The notes below the pieces were generated by a model. The model saw only the letters and a list, made by a program, of their open reading frames with translations, searched no databases and was not told where the DNA came from. The translations under genes were made by a program, and so were the position numbers. Below, one piece after another: positions 10,645-20,435 of a stretch of 64,000 bases of DNA. Origin of the DNA: Gemmatales bacterium (lineage in GTDB: Bacteria; Planctomycetota; Planctomycetia; Gemmatales; HRBIN36); assembly GCA_041640595.1 (NCBI GenBank), contig JBEPZY010000005.1, positions 32,001-96,000 of the forward strand, written 5' to 3'. The first letter of the stretch is position 1, and every line of letters begins with the position of its first letter.

Positions 10645-13600
10645 ATGGCAAAAAGAGAGGCAGTGGTCGTCGTCGGCAACGGCATGGCCGGAGCTCGCTT
10701 TGTCCAGGCTTTGACTGAGAAAGCTCGCGATCGCTTCACCATCACCGTCTTCGGCGACGAACCGTATGGCAACTACAATCGCATCCTGCTGTCCAGCGTA
10801 CTGGCGGGCGTTAAGCAGCCGGTAGAGATATTCCTCAACCCGACGGAGTGGTACGAGAAGAACGGCATCCGGCTGCATCTGGGCGTGCGGGTGGTGCGGA
10901 TCGATCGGGACCGGCGTGTGGCAGTGGGCCAACCGGCTCGTCACGGCGATGCGGAAGCCGGTCGCGGTTTGCTGCTGGAAGAACCGTATGACTATCTGGT
11001 GCTGGCGACGGGTTCACGGCCGTTTGTGCCAACGATTCCCGGAAAAGATTTACCTGGCGTTTTCGTGTTCCGCACGCTGGATGATTGCGTCGCCTTGCTG
11101 GAAGCCGCCGAACGTGCCGAATGTGCCGTGGTGATCGGTGGCGGTTTACTGGGTCTGGAAGCAGCCCGGGGTCTGCACGGGCGTGGGTTGAAGGTGAGCG
11201 TCGTCGAAATTGCTCCGCATCTGATGGTGCAGCAACTCGACCCGCTCGCCGGCAGAATTCTGCAGCAGCAACTGGAAAAGCTTGGTTTGCGGATATTTGT
11301 GCAGACGCAGGTGAGCCGCATCCTGGGCGAAGGACGAGTGCAGGCGGTGGAATTGCAGGATGGCACCCTGCTGGACGCCGACCTGGTAGTGATCAGCTGC
11401 GGCATCCGGCCCAATGTGGAACTGGCACGGGAAGCAGGGTTAGCAGTTCAGCGCGGTATCGTGGTGGATGACCAGTTGCGCACCAGCGACCCGGCCATAT
11501 TTGCCATCGGGGAATGTGCCGAACATCGCGGGGTAACTTACGGTCTGGTCGAACCGGTTTATGAACAGGCGGAGGTTCTCGCGGACGTTTTAAGTGGCGC
11601 TCGACCGCATGCCTGTTACGCTGGTAGCAAGTTGGCCACAACCTTGAAGGTGATCGGCATAGACCTGACTTCGATGGGCGACGTCAAATCCAGCGATGCC
11701 GATTCCCAGGTGTTCGTAGAAGCTGACCCGCTGAACGGACGCTACCGCAAACTGGTGGTCAAAGATGGCCGGTTGCAGGGAGCGATTCTGCTCGGCGAAA
11801 AAGAATCCGCTCAGAAGCTGCTCTTGTACTTCCGCAGTGGCGAAAAACTACCGGGCCATCCGCTGGAGATCTGGTATCGGTTCAGCCGCGACGGCGAGTC
11901 GAGCGAAGATGGTCAGCAGGACGCTGGCCTGTCGGCAGCCAGTTTGCCGGACGATCAGCAGATTTGCAACTGTCATCGCGTCAGCAAGCGTGAGATCGTT
12001 CGCTGCATCCGAGCTGGTGCCACTTCCATTGAAGCCATCGGCCAGGCCTGCAAAGCGGGCACCGGCTGTGGTAGTTGTCAGGGAATGCTGGGTCATCTGC
12101 TGGCCCACTATGCCCGGCATGCCGTCCAGCAATCCGGGGCTCTCGGCGACACCTCGCAGAACAAAGTGGAGCTGATCAAACGCGAAAAAGACGGTCTCGA
12201 TTCCCTGCCCGACATTCTCCACTATGCCCGGACCGGTAACTGGGAAGAAATGACCGAGGCCGACAAACAACGCTTCAAGTGGCACGGGCTGTTTTTCCGC
12301 ATTCCCACGCCGGGCTATTTCATGCTGCGGATTCGGCATACCTGCGGGCAGAGCAACGCGAGGCAGTTCCGGGTTATCGCCGAGCTTTCCGACAAGTTCG
12401 GCAAGGGTTTCTGCGATCTGACGACACGGCAGCAAATCCAGATGCGCTGGTTCACTATCCGCGACGTGCCGGAAATCTGGGCGCGACTGGCGGAAGTCGG
12501 CCTGAACAGCAAGCAGACCGGCATGGACAACGTGCGTGGCGTATGTGGCTGTCCGCTCAGTGGCCTGGCACCGCATGAGTTATTCGATGCCTCACCCGTG
12601 GCCCGCGAATTCACTTCGCTCATTCTCGACAACAAGGAATTCACCAACTTGCCGCGGAAATTCAACGTGACTATCACCGGCTGCCTGGAAAACTGCTGCC
12701 ATACCGAAACGCAGGACATCGCCCTGGTGCCGAGCTATCGGGAATTGGATGGGCAACAGGTGTTCGGCTTCAACGTGTTCGTGGGTGGCAAGCAGGGTTC
12801 CGGAGGATACACGCCGGCAAAACCGCTGGATGTTTTCGTGCGGCGAGAAGAAGCGGCTCAGCTGTGTGCCGAGATTGTCCGCATTTTCCGCGATCACGGT
12901 TCCCGCGAAAGCCGCACGCGGGCCCGATTGGCTTTTCTGCTCCAGGATCGAGGCGTTCGCTGGTTCCGTCAGGAACTGCAAGCTCGTTGGGGCAAACCAC
13001 TCTTTTCGGCAGGCCCGGAATTACGCAAAAAGCATCACACCGACCACCTCGGTATTCAGCCGCAGAAACGAAAACCCGGCGACTACGGGCCGCAACTTTT
13101 TTCCGTGGGTCTGCTGGTGCCCGTGGGTCGCATCACTACCGACCAGATGCGCGGCGTCGCCGACCTGGCTGAGCGTTATGGCAACGGCGAAATCCGTCTC
13201 ACCGTGCAGCAGAACATCATCATCCCGAACATTCCCGAAGACCGTCTGTCCGCCCTCACCGACGAGCCGCTGCTCAAAGAGTTACCGATCGATCCTTCGC
13301 CCATTTTGCGTGGGCTGGTCTGTTGTACGGGGAATGATTATTGCCACTTCGCGCTCATTGACACGAAAGGTTGGGCCTTGCAGGTGGCCCGGGAACTGGA
13401 ACGGCGAACGCAGGGACAGAAAATCGCTCCGCTGACCATCCACATGTCGGGTTGCCCCGCTGGTTGCGGCTTGCATCAAGTGGCGACGATTGGTTTGCAG
13501 GGTTGCCGCACGCGCATCGGCGACCAGATCGTGGATGCCGCCCATGTGTACATCAACGGCAAATCCGGCCCGCAGCCGCAGATCGCCACCGATGCCATGT

Positions 13601-13668
13601 ACGATGTCCCCTGCGAAAAACTGGCCGATGCCCTCGAACCCTTAGTGCGCTACCTGCCCCGCTCATGA
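10645..13668 (+). CDS. Assimilatory nitrite reductase: NirB-type FAD/NADH and BFD [2Fe-2S] module fused to a NirA-type siroheme domain
   Basis: GNGMAG, YNRILLS, GGGLLGLE, AIGECAEH; CNCH...GTGCGSC; TTRQQIQ; CTGNDYC and SGCPAGC siroheme/[4Fe-4S] ligands. Start ATG10645 (or 10630). Confidence 0.9.
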   Translation: MAKREAVVVVGNGMAGARFVQALTEKARDRFTITVFGDEPYGNYNRILLSSVLAGVKQPVEIFLNPTEWYEKNGIRLHLGVRVVRIDRDRRVAVGQPARHGDAEAGRGLLLEEPYDYLVLATGSRPFVPTIPGKDLPGVFVFRTLDDCVALLEAAERAECAVVIGGGLLGLEAARGLHGRGLKVSVVEIAPHLMVQQLDPLAGRILQQQLEKLGLRIFVQTQVSRILGEGRVQAVELQDGTLLDADLVVISCGIRPNVELAREAGLAVQRGIVVDDQLRTSDPAIFAIGECAEHRGVTYGLVEPVYEQAEVLADVLSGARPHACYAGSKLATTLKVIGIDLTSMGDVKSSDADSQVFVEADPLNGRYRKLVVKDGRLQGAILLGEKESAQKLLLYFRSGEKLPGHPLEIWYRFSRDGESSEDGQQDAGLSAASLPDDQQICNCHRVSKREIVRCIRAGATSIEAIGQACKAGTGCGSCQGMLGHLLAHYARHAVQQSGALGDTSQNKVELIKREKDGLDSLPDILHYARTGNWEEMTEADKQRFKWHGLFFRIPTPGYFMLRIRHTCGQSNARQFRVIAELSDKFGKGFCDLTTRQQIQMRWFTIRDVPEIWARLAEVGLNSKQTGMDNVRGVCGCPLSGLAPHELFDASPVAREFTSLILDNKEFTNLPRKFNVTITGCLENCCHTETQDIALVPSYRELDGQQVFGFNVFVGGKQGSGGYTPAKPLDVFVRREEAAQLCAEIVRIFRDHGSRESRTRARLAFLLQDRGVRWFRQELQARWGKPLFSAGPELRKKHHTDHLGIQPQKRKPGDYGPQLFSVGLLVPVGRITTDQMRGVADLAERYGNGEIRLTVQQNIIIPNIPEDRLSALTDEPLLKELPIDPSPILRGLVCCTGNDYCHFALIDTKGWALQVARELERRTQGQKIAPLTIHMSGCPAGCGLHQVATIGLQGCRTRIGDQIVDAAHVYINGKSGPQPQIATDAMYDVPCEKLADALEPLVRYLPRS

Positions 13669-13944
13669 CGCTCGGCAACGTGACAGCGTCCGGCCAATCG
13701 CACAAACGAGAGCTCAGTCTGTCGCGGTCTTGCATTTACCCAGGTGGCGAGATGAAAAAGAGGCTCCGCTTATGTCCGAGAGATACCGGAGCAGACTCAT
13801 TGTCGGTGTAATCAAGAAACGGGCAGTACCACTGTGCCTTCGTCCGGAGAATCGCTTGCAGCTGGTTCGGTCCGCAAGCGACACGAACGCCCCGACGCTG
13901 GTCAGCACCGCACCGGTTTGTCCCGACCCGGAAGGAGTTCGCCC

Positions 13945-16155
13945 GTGAATCCGCAGCGGTTAGCAGTTATAGGCGAGGCGATCTGTCCATATTGCGGAGT
14001 CGGTTGCCGACTTCGTGTCGAAGGGCGTGGCGGACGGCCAGAACGCATCCGCGGCGTCGAGGATGCTCCCGCCAATCATGGTCGGCTCTGTGCCAAAGGC
14101 GCGACACTGCACGAAGCCCTGCATACTCCCGATCGCCTGCTGGTGCCGATGTGGCGACGCAGCCGACAGGAAGATTTTCGACCGGCGGATTGGTCGCAAG
14201 CCCTGCGCTATGTGGCGGAGTGCCTGCGCTATATCCTGCACGCTTTCGGACCGAACGCGATTGCGTTTTACGGCAGTGGGCAGCTCGACACGGAGACGGC
14301 TTATCTGGCGTGCAAACTGTTCAAAGGATATTTCGGCACGAATAACACCGATTCCAACAGTCGGCTGTGCATGGCCGCTGCCGTCGCCGGGTATCGCACC
14401 AGTCTGGGCAGCGATGGCCCGCCGTGTTGCTACGAGGATATTGATCACGCCGACGTCATCTTCATCATTGGCAGCAATATGGCCGAGTGCCATCCGGTAA
14501 CCTTCGATCGAATTCGCTCTGCCCGGAAACGCCGACCGGACTTGACGCTGATTGTTGTGGATCCGCGTCGCACCGCCACCGCCAGGGAGGCCGACATCTA
14601 TCTGCCGGTGGCTCCCGGCGGCGACATCGCTCTGCTCAATGCCCTGGGCCGGTTGCTCCTGGAATCCGGTGCGGTGGACGAAGCGTTTGTGCGGCAACAC
14701 ACCCGCGGCTTCGAGGAATATCGGGCCTTTCTGCTGGGGCAAGACCTGCGCGAGCTGTGCGAAGTGGCCGGCATTCAGGAACAGTGGCTTCGCCGCACTG
14801 CGGCACGGATCGCCCGATCTCACGGATTCCTGAGTTTCTACTGCATGGGTTTGAACCAGAGCACGGTCGGCATGTGGAAGAATAACAGCTTGATCAACTT
14901 GCATCTGCTCACCGGCCAGATTGGCAAACCGGGAGCCGGGCCGTTTTCCCTCACCGGTCAGCCCAATGCGATGGGAGGCCGCGAAGCCGGTCTGCTGTCG
15001 CATCAGTTGCCAGGTTACCGTTTCGTGGAAGAACCGGAACACCGCCGCGAACTGGAACAATTCTGGGACCGCCCGACGGGAACCATCTCGCCTCGCCCGG
15101 GTTTTACCGCGGTGGAAATGTTCCGCGCCTTGGAAAAGGGCCAGCTCAAGGCGATCTGGATTGCCGGGACCAACCCGCTGGTCAGCATTCCCGACCTGCA
15201 CCAGGTTCGTCGCGCCATGGAACGGGCCCAACTGGTGATCGTGCAGGATGCGTATCACCCGACGGAGACGACCAGGCTGGCGCATGTCGTCCTGCCAGCC
15301 GCTCAGTGGGGCGAGAAAGAATGGACAAGCACCAGCAGTGAACGGTTGGTCAGCTACAGTCCGAAACTGTTTGACCCGCCGGGTCTGGCTCTGCCGGACT
15401 GGCAAATCCTGGCGCGGTTTGCTCAGGTGTGGGGCTTTCGCGGTTTTGCTTACGGCAGCGCTGCCGAAGTCTGGGACGAGTTCCGCCAGCTGACCCGTGG
15501 CCGACCGTGCGATATGTTCGGCATCACCGCAACACGCTTGCGGCAACAGCGGCATGTTTACTGGCCTTGCCCGCACGAGGATCATCCCGGTTCGCCACGC
15601 CGCTATCTCGACCGCATTTTCCCGACGCCCGATGGCAAAGCCAATTTTCTGCCCCGCGACCATCGTGCGCCGCGCGAACTGCCCGACCACGAATTTCCGT
15701 TCATCCTCACCACCGGCCGGCTGTACGCCCACTGGCACACGCTGACGCGAACCGGCAAATGTAGCAAACTGGTGCGGCGTGAACCCGGCCCGTTTGTCGA
15801 AATCAACGTCGAAGATGCGGCCCGGCTCGGCATCAGCGCGGGCGAACTGGTGTTGCTGTCCAGCCGGCGCGGCGCTATCCGCTTGCCTGCCCGCCTCAGT
15901 GACCACGTACCCGCCGGCATGGTTTTCGTTCCGTTTCACTGGGGCGATTTGCACCATCCTGACAACGCTGCCAACTACCTCACCATCAGCGCCACCGGTC
16001 GCATCGCCAAACAGCCCGAACTGAAATTCTGCGCGGTCAACGTCGAGAAATGCGCCCCGCATTCGGAGACACCGCTGCCACAACTCCTGCTCGTGCCCGA
16101 TTCCGCGCAAACAAGACCTGGCGCATCAACTCCGGTGGCTACCGAAAGCATCTGA
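13945..16155 (+). CDS. Assimilatory nitrate reductase catalytic subunit (Mo-bisPGD, NasA/NarB-like)
   Basis: CPYCGVGC...LCAKG [4Fe-4S], YGSGQL, NSRLCMA, SLTGQPNAMGGRE, QPELKFCAV; GTG start after GGAAGGAG. Confidence 0.92.
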   Translation: MNPQRLAVIGEAICPYCGVGCRLRVEGRGGRPERIRGVEDAPANHGRLCAKGATLHEALHTPDRLLVPMWRRSRQEDFRPADWSQALRYVAECLRYILHAFGPNAIAFYGSGQLDTETAYLACKLFKGYFGTNNTDSNSRLCMAAAVAGYRTSLGSDGPPCCYEDIDHADVIFIIGSNMAECHPVTFDRIRSARKRRPDLTLIVVDPRRTATAREADIYLPVAPGGDIALLNALGRLLLESGAVDEAFVRQHTRGFEEYRAFLLGQDLRELCEVAGIQEQWLRRTAARIARSHGFLSFYCMGLNQSTVGMWKNNSLINLHLLTGQIGKPGAGPFSLTGQPNAMGGREAGLLSHQLPGYRFVEEPEHRRELEQFWDRPTGTISPRPGFTAVEMFRALEKGQLKAIWIAGTNPLVSIPDLHQVRRAMERAQLVIVQDAYHPTETTRLAHVVLPAAQWGEKEWTSTSSERLVSYSPKLFDPPGLALPDWQILARFAQVWGFRGFAYGSAAEVWDEFRQLTRGRPCDMFGITATRLRQQRHVYWPCPHEDHPGSPRRYLDRIFPTPDGKANFLPRDHRAPRELPDHEFPFILTTGRLYAHWHTLTRTGKCSKLVRREPGPFVEINVEDAARLGISAGELVLLSSRRGAIRLPARLSDHVPAGMVFVPFHWGDLHHPDNAANYLTISATGRIAKQPELKFCAVNVEKCAPHSETPLPQLLLVPDSAQTRPGASTPVATESI

Positions 16156-16276
16156 ACGAGCACGGCCAAGGCTAAAACCAGCCGCAAAGCCACGGCATCA
16201 ACTCCGGCAGGTACCGAGAGCATCTGACACGGGCTGACCATTATCCTCCGCCCACCGCTTATTTCAGGAGACCGCC

Positions 16277-17122
16277 ATGTACGCAGCGACGATTGAAGCG
16301 ATTGCCGAACAGGCGGCCAAAAAGCTCGCCGCTCAGCGCCAATCCCTTTTCGCCCATCTGGTTCGCTCCATGCTGGCCGGCATGTACGTCGGGGTATCCA
16401 TCGCCCTGATTTTCACCATTGGCGGCACACTGGCGACAGCGGCACCGTTTGTGGTGCGGCTGGTGATGGGCGTTTGCTTCGGCTGCGCTCTGAACTATGT
16501 CGTTTTCGCTGGCGCTGAATTGTTTACCGGTAGCAACCTGGTGCTGACGCTCGGCGTGCTGGTCGGCAAAGCTCGCATCGGCGACCTGCTCAGCAACTGG
16601 GTCTGGACCTGGCTCGGTAATCTCGCTGGCAGCATGATCCTGGCCTGGATAGTCGTACAGACCGGCTTGTTCGATAACAGTGGCCCGACGCAGGGCGTGT
16701 ATGCTTTTGTGCAAAATATCGTGGCTGTGAAAATGAACCTGCCTCCCATGCAACTCTTCTGGCGGGCGGTGCTGGCCAACTGGCTGGTGTGTCTCGGTGT
16801 GTGGATGGCTGCACGAATTCAGAGCGAAGCCGCTCGCATCCTCATGATCTGGTGGTGCATGTTCACCTTCATCACCTGCGGTTTCGAGCACAGCATCGCC
16901 AATATGTTCGGCCTGCTGTTGGGCCTGCTGGTGCCGCACAGTGAGAGCATTTCCTGGGCCGGGTACTGGTACAATCTCGGCTTGGCGACACTGGGTAACA
17001 TTGTTGGTGGCGCTGCCTTCGTTGCTGGCATGTACTGGCTGGGCAGCCCGGAGATTCGCCCCGCTGTTCAACCCGCGCAGGAATCTGCCCTCGAAAGCGC
17101 CCCCGAATTAGCCCGCTCCTGA
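16277..17122 (+). CDS. Formate/nitrite transporter family protein (NirC-like)
   Basis: GAELFTGSN, NLAGS, ANWLVCL, GFEHSIANM, TLGNIVGG. Confidence 0.92.
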   Translation: MYAATIEAIAEQAAKKLAAQRQSLFAHLVRSMLAGMYVGVSIALIFTIGGTLATAAPFVVRLVMGVCFGCALNYVVFAGAELFTGSNLVLTLGVLVGKARIGDLLSNWVWTWLGNLAGSMILAWIVVQTGLFDNSGPTQGVYAFVQNIVAVKMNLPPMQLFWRAVLANWLVCLGVWMAARIQSEAARILMIWWCMFTFITCGFEHSIANMFGLLLGLLVPHSESISWAGYWYNLGLATLGNIVGGAAFVAGMYWLGSPEIRPAVQPAQESALESAPELARS

Positions 17123-17160
17123 ACCGACGTGCCCACCCCATAACTCCGGAGGACTTGCCC

Positions 17161-18420
17161 ATGAACGTTCGGGACTTTCTGCGCGCTGGCCACTGGCCGA
17201 CCTTGCTCGCCGCCTTTGTGTACTTCGACATCAGTTTTCTGGTCTGGGTGCTCCTGGGCGGTTTGAGCAATCATATCGCCGCGGACCTCGAACTCACGCA
17301 CACCCAACGCGGACTTTTAGTGGCCACGCCATTGCTCGGCGGTGCCTTGCTCCGCATTGTGCTGGGACTGCTGACCGACCGCGTGGGCGCGCGACGAACG
17401 GCTCTTATCGGACTGACGAGCACGCTACTGCCTTTGATCCTGGGCTGGCTCGGGGCACACAGTTTTGCAAAGCTGCTATGGGTAGGGTTGTTGCTGGGCA
17501 TAGCCGGGGCGAGTTTCGCTGCTGCATTGCCTCTGGCGGGGCGATGGTATCCGCCGCAGTATCAGGGGCTGGCTCTGGGCATCGCGGGGGCCGGCAACAG
17601 TGGCACTGCCTTAGCCACCTTTTTCGCACCGCGACTGGCCGAACTGGTCGGATGGCAAAATGTTTTCGGTCTGGCGGTGATTCCGGTGCTGACCGCCCTT
17701 GTGGTTGTCGTACTGCTGGCACGGGAAGCTCCGAACGCTTCCAGCTCCCAACCTGTGATACGCTATTTCCGAGTTTTGCGCGAACAGGATAGCTGGTGGT
17801 TGTGCGGTTTTTACGCAGTAACTTTCGGCGGGTTCGTTGGTCTGGCCAGCTTTCTCAACACTTTTTACCGCACCCAGTACGGTGTGCATCCAGTCGTGGC
17901 CGGGAGTCTGGCCACTATTTCCGTGCTGGCGGGTTCTTTCTTACGGCCCGTCGGCGGCTATCTGGCCGACCGATTCGGTGGCGTGCGAGTCCTGACGGTG
18001 ATTTACGGCCTGGTGGCGGCAATCATGACTGCTTTAGCTTGTCATCCCTCGGTCACTGTGGCGACGGTTCTCTTCACGGGCACACTGGGCCTTCTCGGTA
18101 TGGGCAACGGTGCAGTGTTTCAACTCGTGCCCCAACGCTTCCCCAGAGAGCTCGGCGTCATCACCGGTCTGATTGGCGCTGCCGGAGGTCTGGGCGGATT
18201 TTTCCTGCCTACCTCGCTGGGTCTGCTGCGCGATTACACTGGTTCGTATGCTGGCGGGCTGGCCGCTTTTGCTGCGATTTCCCTGGTCGGTGCGGTCGCT
18301 ATCGTTCACATCACCCGCGCCTGGTACGGCATTTACATACAGGCCGGCGGACTGGCATCCGCTTCCCTCGAGCGGTTAGCTCCCAGCTCTGCTAACCTGG
18401 CCACCGGCGAAGAAACTTAG
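17161..18420 (+). CDS. Nitrate/nitrite MFS transporter (NarK/NasA family)
   Basis: GHWPTL, AGASFA, GAGNSGT, FGGFVG, GMGNGAVFQLVP, GAAGGLGGF signature motifs. Confidence 0.93.
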   Translation: MNVRDFLRAGHWPTLLAAFVYFDISFLVWVLLGGLSNHIAADLELTHTQRGLLVATPLLGGALLRIVLGLLTDRVGARRTALIGLTSTLLPLILGWLGAHSFAKLLWVGLLLGIAGASFAAALPLAGRWYPPQYQGLALGIAGAGNSGTALATFFAPRLAELVGWQNVFGLAVIPVLTALVVVVLLAREAPNASSSQPVIRYFRVLREQDSWWLCGFYAVTFGGFVGLASFLNTFYRTQYGVHPVVAGSLATISVLAGSFLRPVGGYLADRFGGVRVLTVIYGLVAAIMTALACHPSVTVATVLFTGTLGLLGMGNGAVFQLVPQRFPRELGVITGLIGAAGGLGGFFLPTSLGLLRDYTGSYAGGLAAFAAISLVGAVAIVHITRAWYGIYIQAGGLASASLERLAPSSANLATGEET

Positions 18421-18523
18421 TCCCTCTCGATCACCAGCATGGCAAGCCCAGGTGATCGACTCGCAAAATCAAGGCATGCGTGCTAGTACTATATGCCCGC
18501 CTCAAGAACCGGCACCTTGTCGC

Positions 18524-19510
18524 TTACTGTACCTGCACCACCGCCAGATAGATCGCGGCCCGACCTTCATGCGAACTGTAGTAGCTAATATAGAGACGGC
18601 CTTCGTGCCAGACTAAGCCGGGATAACTCGTATCACCACCACTGGGCAAGGTTATAAGCGGTATTAGTTTGCCCTGCTCGACATCCAGCCGGGCCAGGAC
18701 CGTCTGTGCTTTCTTATCCTGAATGATCCGCCCGGCCGCGATCCAGCGACCATCGGGCAACTTAATAAAATTCGGCCCGCCGAAATAGACACCTAAGTCT
18801 TTCCATTCCCAGTGCTTATAGGGTGGTTTACTAACACCTAATAAAGCACTGTTCGGCATACCGTCTCGCCGTTGCATGCAATACATTGTGTCGCCATCGA
18901 AACGCAAGGTGGCCTCCGTACAGTTCGGCGGTGCAAACTCCGCAACCTTCGTATAAGCCAAACCGTCGCGCGTACTATAGAGAATGGCACTGTAGCGGCG
19001 TTGCTTTTCCTGTGGGGCCCAACGATAGGCCACACCATAACCGGTGCCCTGATGCCAGGTCAATCGCCAGAGCCACTGCCAGCTTTCTATGATTCTGCGT
19101 GGCTCACTCCATTGCCGGCCATCGGTTGAGGTGCTGACAAATGTATAGTGATCGGTAAGCGGATTTCTCGTCGCGGGAACGGCAGCAGCGGCGACGAGCA
19201 GGAGTTTGCCGTCCGGCGTAATGCTTAGTTTCGGATCGCGATAGTCCACGTTCTCACGCTCTAATACGGCAACCGATTTCCATTCCTTTGTGTCTATGGA
19301 ACTAATAATGCGAATACGTCCGGCATCACCGGCGTGCGCCTTGCCTTCACGGAAACAGCAAAGCCATTCGCCCCGATAGCGAATGAGGTCTGTAAAAGCA
19401 TTATGCGGCGCAGCTCCCCAGATTTTCCTGACTTCGACTAATTGCAGTCCCTCCTGCGAGGCGGTAAGCATCGGCACGCCGAACAGTAAAATCCAGGAAA
19501 GTCGGGTCAT
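18524..19510 (-). CDS. Exported BNR/sialidase-like beta-propeller protein
   Basis: Signal peptide; HNAFTDL, RDPKL, STDGRQWS Asp-box, GDTSYPG...SYYSSHEG. Confidence 0.75.
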   Translation of the reverse strand: MTRLSWILLFGVPMLTASQEGLQLVEVRKIWGAAPHNAFTDLIRYRGEWLCCFREGKAHAGDAGRIRIISSIDTKEWKSVAVLERENVDYRDPKLSITPDGKLLLVAAAAVPATRNPLTDHYTFVSTSTDGRQWSEPRRIIESWQWLWRLTWHQGTGYGVAYRWAPQEKQRRYSAILYSTRDGLAYTKVAEFAPPNCTEATLRFDGDTMYCMQRRDGMPNSALLGVSKPPYKHWEWKDLGVYFGGPNFIKLPDGRWIAAGRIIQDKKAQTVLARLDVEQGKLIPLITLPSGGDTSYPGLVWHEGRLYISYYSSHEGRAAIYLAVVQVQ

Positions 19511-20385
19511 GGCAGGCTCCTTGAGTGTGGTGCATGATTCCGACGCGCTGTCAGGTAATCCTGGAGGGCATCCCACCAGGAACGCATCGGCGGTGTGTGC
19601 GGGTGTTCGCTGATTAAGGCACTATAGTTAGGGCGACGGGCTGCTGTAGGTTTTTCTTTCGAGCTAACTGGACGAACTTGAGTATTCAGCCCGGCTTGTT
19701 GGATAATAGCCCTGGCAAATTCGTACCAGGAGACCGCACCTGTATTCACCAGATGCACTAATCCGGTCATCTTATGTTCTAAACATTGCAGCACAGCCGT
19801 AACTAAGTCCTCAACGTAAGTGGGAGAGCACACCTGATCAGCGACAACCTCGATGGTCTGGTGAGCGGTGGCCTGGCGTAAAATGCGTTCGACGAAATTA
19901 TCCTTCTTGCCTCCGCTCCCCGGCACACCGTATAAGCCACAGGTGCGGATGACAAGGTGATGAGGGGTTGAACTGCGAACGAAATACTCGCCGGCGAGTT
20001 TAGATACGCCATAGACGTTGACCGGACCAGGCAGGTCGCTTTCGCGGTAAGGCAGGCGGCGAGTCTCATCGAGTCCGAAAACATAGTCGGTGCTGAAATG
20101 AACCAGAAATGCTCCCACCTCAGAACAGGCGTGAGCCAGGGCGCGTACTGCCAGGGCATTGACCGCGAAGGCTGGTTGCGGTTCCTGCTCAGCGCGATCC
20201 ACGAAGTTCCAGGCCGCACAATTCAGCACCACTTGCGGTCGGTGCAAAAGAAGGAGGCGCCTTACCGCTTCGGCATCGGTAATGTCACATTCCGCTCGGC
20301 TGACGGCCAGCGCAGCGGAACCGAGGCGCCGGACAAACGCTTGACCGAGCTGGCCGGTTTTGCCAATAATCAGGTATCTAACCAT
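19507..20385 (-). CDS. rfbD: dTDP-4-dehydrorhamnose reductase
   Basis: GKTGQLG, NCAAW, STDYVF, YGVSK, DQVCSPT, ARRPNYS. Confidence 0.93.
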   Translation of the reverse strand: MVRYLIIGKTGQLGQAFVRRLGSAALAVSRAECDITDAEAVRRLLLLHRPQVVLNCAAWNFVDRAEQEPQPAFAVNALAVRALAHACSEVGAFLVHFSTDYVFGLDETRRLPYRESDLPGPVNVYGVSKLAGEYFVRSSTPHHLVIRTCGLYGVPGSGGKKDNFVERILRQATAHQTIEVVADQVCSPTYVEDLVTAVLQCLEHKMTGLVHLVNTGAVSWYEFARAIIQQAGLNTQVRPVSSKEKPTAARRPNYSALISEHPHTPPMRSWWDALQDYLTARRNHAPHSRSLP

Positions 20386-20435
20386 GGCGGTTGGTTCATC
20401 CTGCCGGGGATGGCGTATAAGGCTAGGATAGCAAA

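Noticed and set aside
13960..16110. 716-aa antisense ORF (and similar ones at 3700-4800, 34179-35228, 47299-48303)
   Set aside because: Shadow ORFs opposite well-supported genes, expected from GC-rich codon bias.
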